DNA of 30,436 nucleotides from the NCBI GenBank assembly GCA_031372065.1, contig JANMKN010000352.1, positions 1 through 30,436 on the forward strand, read 5' to 3'. The notes beneath the pieces were generated by a model, which did no database searches, was not told the DNA's origin, and saw only the letters and a program-made list of their open reading frames with translations. Below, piece by piece: positions 27,045 through 30,436 of this stretch. The translations under genes and the position numbers were made by a program. The DNA is from Abditibacteriaceae bacterium (lineage in GTDB: Bacteria; Armatimonadota; Abditibacteriia; Abditibacteriales; Abditibacteriaceae). Position 1 is the stretch's first letter, and every line of letters starts with the position of its first letter.

Positions 27045-27894
27045 ATTTCCAATTCTCCAAGCCCAATAACTTGCGGCCAAGTGGGGAAAGTTCGGCGGCG
27101 GGATATTTTTTCTCGCGGTCTTTATACCATTCGGGAATTTCGCGTTCCCAGCCATCGGGCGGGCGCTGTTCGCGAAAACAAGCGACGCGGGCTTGGCGTT
27201 CGGCTTCGTCATCGCGGGCCGGATACATCGTGAGATATTGTGCCAAACGCGGCGTTTTGCCTTCATTTCGTCCGTTGCCGTGCGCCAAAAGATTGTTCCA
27301 GATGACTAAATCGCCCGCTTTCATCGGAATCGGCGTAACTTCCATGCCTTCGGGCAAGCGTGATAAATCAGGCGCACGCGGATTGCGATCTGCGGGCTGC
27401 TTTTCAATCCAGTCGGCCAGATTTTTATGAAAACCCGGCACGCAGCAAAAGCCGCCCATTGTTTCGTCGGTATCGGTCAGTGCCAACACGCCCTGAACAA
27501 AAAGCGGGCCGTCCAGCGGCTGGGATGTGTCTTTGTCCCAATGCACAAAACCGCGATCATCGAAGCCGGGAAAGCGTTCATCAAGCGGCGGTTTCATACC
27601 GGCTCTGTCCATCGAAACCCATAGTTCATCGGTGCCGTAAATATCCGCAAAAGCGCCATAGACACGCGGATTTTCGCGGTTCTTCCACAACGCTGGATGC
27701 TGATGCAAATGCACAATCGCATGATTGCGGCGGCGCGTGTCATACCACGTTGGCGGGTCATCGGGCTGCATTTCTAAAAAGTCAAAAACCGCCGCAATAA
27801 CCGCGTCGAGATTTTCCTGCGGCACCGCGCCCGGCACCACAAGATAACCAGTGTCATCAAAAAACTGCAAATCGTCAGGGGTAAGAACGTGCAT
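27043..27894 (-). CDS. Phytanoyl-CoA dioxygenase (PhyH) family protein
   Basis: FFDDTGYLVV, LWVSMDR, VHWD, QGVLAL, GGFCCVPGFH, AGDLVIWNNLLAHGN...PRLAQY. Confidence 0.9.
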   Translation of the reverse strand: MHVLTPDDLQFFDDTGYLVVPGAVPQENLDAVIAAVFDFLEMQPDDPPTWYDTRRRNHAIVHLHQHPALWKNRENPRVYGAFADIYGTDELWVSMDRAGMKPPLDERFPGFDDRGFVHWDKDTSQPLDGPLFVQGVLALTDTDETMGGFCCVPGFHKNLADWIEKQPADRNPRAPDLSRLPEGMEVTPIPMKAGDLVIWNNLLAHGNGRNEGKTPRLAQYLTMYPARDDEAERQARVACFREQRPPDGWEREIPEWYKDREKKYPAAELSPLGRKLLGLENWK

Positions 27895-27955
27895 AAACTC
27901 TATTCTATCGAAGGCAGTCGGTGTTTGTTATGTGCCCACTTTCTTTCGCGAATGG

Positions 27956-27984
27956 TTGCCGCGTTTTAGTCGTCCCGCTATACT
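27956..27984 (+). promoter_or_regulatory. Sigma70-type promoter for rpsB-tsf
   Basis: TTGCCG (27956-27961), 17-bp spacer, TATACT (27979-27984). Confidence 0.7.
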
Positions 27985-28013
27985 GGGCGAGGTTTTAATC
28001 CCAGTTGTTAATT

Positions 28014-28097
28014 GGCACCCCGGCACCTTTGGGTCGCGCTGAAATTTTTCAGCAGCGCGTTCTGGTCGGGGGAAGGCCAACCCAAAGGAGACAACTC
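28014..28097 (+). promoter_or_regulatory. Putative rpsB (S2) autoregulatory leader RNA
   Basis: CCTTTGGGT (28026-28034) pairs with ACCCAAAGG (28080-28088), covering part of the SD; two internal hairpins; loop GGGGG can pair with CCCC at 28018-28021. Confidence 0.65.
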
Positions 28098-29066
28098 ATG
28101 CCGGTAAGTTCTATGAAGGAACTGCTCGAAGCGGGCGTTCACTTCGGACATCACACGCGCAAGTGGAACCCCAAAATGAAGGCGTATATTTACGGGGCGC
28201 GCAACGACATCCACATCATTGACCTGCACAAAACGCGCAAGAAACTCGAAGAAGCGTATGAACAGGTTCGCTTGATGGCTTTCAACGGCCATAAATTCCT
28301 CTTTGTCGGCACCAAAAAGCAAGCACAAGATTCCATCAAGGAATCGGCTGAAGCCTGCGGGCAGTTTTATGTCAACTCGCGCTGGCTGGGCGGAATGCTG
28401 ACCAACTGGCCGACCATTCAAACGCGTATTGACCGTTTGAATGCTCTCGACAAAATGATCGAGAACGGCACCATGGAAAAGCTGACCAAAAAAGAATCGG
28501 CGCGCCTGATGGAAGAACGCCAGAAATTGGAAACGATTCTTGGCGGCATTCGCAATATGCATGGTCTGCCCGATTGCATCATCATCGTTGACTGCAAAAA
28601 AGAACATCTGGCTATCAAAGAAGCGCACCGTTTGGAGATTCCTCTGGTCGCCGTGGTGGACACCAACTGTGATCCCGATGAAATTGATCATGTCATTCCC
28701 GGCAACGACGACGCGATTCGTTCCGTGAAACTGATGGCCTCACAAATGGCTGAAGCGATCAACGAAGGCCGTGGCATGGCACAATCGGCCATTGAGCAGC
28801 GCGCCGAAGCCGCCATGCACGGCATGGCCGCCGGCGCGGTTCATATCGGCGAAGGCGGACGCATCGAATACGCTGGTGCGCCGAATGTCGAAATGCCGCC
28901 TGTTGATACGGGCGAAGGCGACTCGAACGAGGACTTGGATACCATTGCAGGCATGATGACCAACGCCAGCAATAACGACGACAAATCATTCGACGCCGCG
29001 ATGAGCAGCATCGAAAATGAACAAGCCGCCGCCGCGATGAAACCGGCGGAGGGAAGTTTGGGCTGA
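28098..29066 (+). CDS. rpsB: 30S ribosomal protein S2 with a long acidic C-terminal extension
   Basis: [63 protein letters not shown]. Confidence 0.98.
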   Translation: MPVSSMKELLEAGVHFGHHTRKWNPKMKAYIYGARNDIHIIDLHKTRKKLEEAYEQVRLMAFNGHKFLFVGTKKQAQDSIKESAEACGQFYVNSRWLGGMLTNWPTIQTRIDRLNALDKMIENGTMEKLTKKESARLMEERQKLETILGGIRNMHGLPDCIIIVDCKKEHLAIKEAHRLEIPLVAVVDTNCDPDEIDHVIPGNDDAIRSVKLMASQMAEAINEGRGMAQSAIEQRAEAAMHGMAAGAVHIGEGGRIEYAGAPNVEMPPVDTGEGDSNEDLDTIAGMMTNASNNDDKSFDAAMSSIENEQAAAAMKPAEGSLG

Positions 29067-29077
29067 AGCCCAGTTTT

Positions 29078-29148
29078 GAGTTGAGAATGAATAGTTTTGA
29101 GTTAATAAGGAAAATCTGCTTTAACTCAAAACTATTCACTCTCAACTC
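29078..29148. repeat. Heptamer-built long hairpin between rpsB and tsf
   Basis: 28-bp arms 29078-29105 / 29121-29148 (27/28), made of ~7-nt units (AGTTTTG, AGTTGAG, AATGAAT). Confidence 0.8.
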
Positions 29149-29162
29149 TCCGAAGGAGAAAG

Positions 29163-29762
29163 ATGGCAAGCATTAATGCAGCGGACGTGAAAAAACTGCG
29201 CGATATGACCAATGCCGGCATGATGGACTGCAAAAAAGCCCTCGTCGATGCCGGTGGCGATTTTGATAAAGCCGCAACCATTTTACGCGAAAAAGGCATC
29301 GCTTCGGCGGCGAAAAAAGCGGACCGTTCGGCCAGCGAAGGCGTAATCGGCGTTTACATCCATACCGATGGCAAACAGGCCGCTTTGGTCGAAGTGAACT
29401 GCGAAACCGACTTCGTGGCGCGCACCGACGCCTTCAAAGAACTGGCACGCGAATTGGCGATGCAAGTCGTGGCGCTGCGTCCGCAATATGTGCGGCGCGA
29501 AGAAGTGCCGGAAAACGTTATCGAAGCCGAAAAAGATATTTATCGCAAACAAGCGGCGGGCGAAGGAAAACCCGCCGCGATTCTCGATAAAATCGCCGAA
29601 GGACGCCTGAACAAGTTTTATTCGCAGGTTTGCCTGATGGAACAGCCGTTTATCAAAGACGACAAGCAAACCATTGATCAATTTGTCAAAGAAGCGATGG
29701 CTAAACTTGGGGAAAACATCCAAGTTGGTCGCATGGTTCGCTATAAAATCGGCGAAAACTAA
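29163..29762 (+). CDS. tsf: Elongation factor Ts (short, 199-aa form)
   Basis: VKKLRDMTNAGMMDCKKAL, EVNCETDFVA, LMEQPFIKD; GAAGGAG RBS; follows rpsB. Confidence 0.98.
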   Translation: MASINAADVKKLRDMTNAGMMDCKKALVDAGGDFDKAATILREKGIASAAKKADRSASEGVIGVYIHTDGKQAALVEVNCETDFVARTDAFKELARELAMQVVALRPQYVRREEVPENVIEAEKDIYRKQAAGEGKPAAILDKIAEGRLNKFYSQVCLMEQPFIKDDKQTIDQFVKEAMAKLGENIQVGRMVRYKIGEN

Positions 29763-29763
29763 A

Positions 29764-29893
29764 CAGTGGTTAGTGATCGGTGCGCCGTGGTCAGATTTTT
29801 AGTTGACGTATCGTCCTTATCAACGTAAAATAACCCTTCGCCAATGTGGTTTTCTGATCACCGATCACCGATCACTGACCACTAACCACCGAA
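29764..29893. repeat. Inverted clusters of heptamer repeats flanking a promoter
   Basis: Left arm CAGTGGT-TAGTGAT-CGGTGCG-CCGTGGT-CAGA; right arm CTGAT-CACCGAT-CACCGAT-CACTGAC-CACTAAC-CACCGAA. Confidence 0.75.
29803..29831 (+). promoter_or_regulatory. Sigma70-type promoter for tRNA-Leu
   Basis: TTGACG (29803-29808), 17-bp spacer, TAAAAT (29826-29831). Confidence 0.7.
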
Positions 29894-29895
29894 AT

Positions 29896-29979
29896 GCCGC
29901 TGTGGCGGAATTGGCAGACGCGCTGGACTCAAAATCCAGTTCCCGTAAGGGAGTGTCGGTTCGACCCCGACCGGCGGCA
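29896..29979 (+). tRNA. tRNA-Leu(CAA), CCA end not encoded
   Basis: Acceptor GCCGCTG/CGGCGGC, D-arm GGCGGAATTGGCAGACGC, anticodon stem CTGGA/TCCAG with loop CTCAAAA, long variable arm, T-loop GGTTCGACC, discriminator A. Confidence 0.96.
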
Positions 29980-29990
29980 TAAATACAACA

Positions 29991-30037
29991 AACAAAAGCC
30001 CCTGTTCTGGAAACCAGAGAACAGGGGCTTTTGTTTT
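29991..30037 (+). terminator. Intrinsic terminator after tRNA-Leu
   Basis: 18-bp stem AACAAAAGCCCCTGTTCT / AGAACAGGGGCTTTTGTT followed by Ts. Confidence 0.85.
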
Positions 30038-30068
30038 CTCAGTCAGGCCATAAAACCGAAGAGGCACG

Positions 30069-30205
30069 CTGAAAAGTCGCTTATAGCGACTCAAACTCCA
30101 TCCAGCTTCACCCAAAAGGGGAAGAGATACGCTCGTAAAAGTCAAAATTAGACTCCTAAAGCGTAATCTCTCCCTTTCTGGGCAGGATTAGGCGGGGCTT
30201 TTCAG
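30069..30205. repeat. Degenerate palindromic intergenic element
   Basis: CCCAAAAGGGGAAGAGATACGCT pairs imperfectly with AGCGTAATCTCTCCCTTTCTGGG; outer CTGAAAAG/CTTTTCAG. Confidence 0.5.
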
Positions 30206-30212
30206 ACTGATT

Positions 30213-30436
30213 CTAAAAAATTAGCGCCTTGGCCGTGACTTTGAAGGGATCAACAGGCTCCCAGCCGATGCGGATTTCCCAATGTAGATGCGCACCCGTG
30301 ACAAAACCAGTCGCGCCGACTTTGCCAATGAGTTGACCGCGTTTCACCACGTCGCCTTCATGCACCAAAATTTTACTTTGATGATAATACAGTGAAAAGA
30401 CGTTGCAACCGTGATCAATTACGGTGCAGTTGCCGC
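30213..30436 (-). CDS. M23-family metallopeptidase, 3' end only (runs off the window; not in the ORF track)
   Basis: Manual translation: GNCTVIDHGCNVFSLYYHQSKILVHEGDVVKRGQLIGKVGATGFVTGAHLHWEIRIGWEPVDPFKVTAKALIF*, with the M23 HxH motif. Confidence 0.92.
   Translation of the reverse strand, partial: GNCTVIDHGCNVFSLYYHQSKILVHEGDVVKRGQLIGKVGATGFVTGAHLHWEIRIGWEPVDPFKVTAKALIF

Noticed and set aside
29882..30151. ORFs on both strands across the tRNA
   Set aside because: They overlap a clear tRNA and its terminator.
29896..30212. tRNA-anchored genomic island or prophage attachment site
   Set aside because: No integrase, and I saw no duplicate of the tRNA 3' end in the window; the next gene is an M23 peptidase.

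Overview
Gene-dense bacterial chromosomal window. A DUF1559-type prepilin/H-X9-DG protein, sulfatases and carbohydrate enzymes, and a short EF-Ts suggest an Armatimonadota/Abditibacteriota-like organism (inference). Left to right: (1) a minus-strand metal (probably Zn) uptake cluster (Fur/Zur regulator, ZIP transporter, His-tailed outer-membrane-type protein, ABC binding protein/ATPase/permease), divergent from a type I glutaminyl cyclase and a PAP2 protein; (2) a triple-nested inverted-repeat element and an R2K-type ATP-grasp gene behind two sulfatases; (3) two related modules in which LTXXQ (Spy/CpxP-like) exported proteins face a CpxR-like regulator, one followed by a tail-anchored AAA ATPase and the other by a CpxA-like kinase, with heparinase II/III-like, GH5-like and GH43 genes between them; (4) a 4 x 42-bp palindromic array and two convergent PhyH dioxygenases around a metzincin lipoprotein; (5) rpsB-tsf-tRNA-Leu(CAA) and the 3' end of an M23 peptidase. 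The most unusual signal is the ABC permease, which has a signal peptide and a long Pro/Thr/Ala tether carrying two N[VI]EDLPI motifs. The same motif starts the mature outer-membrane protein of the same operon, and both predicted mature N-termini begin with Gln next to a glutaminyl cyclase gene. No searches were run; family calls come from recognised motifs.
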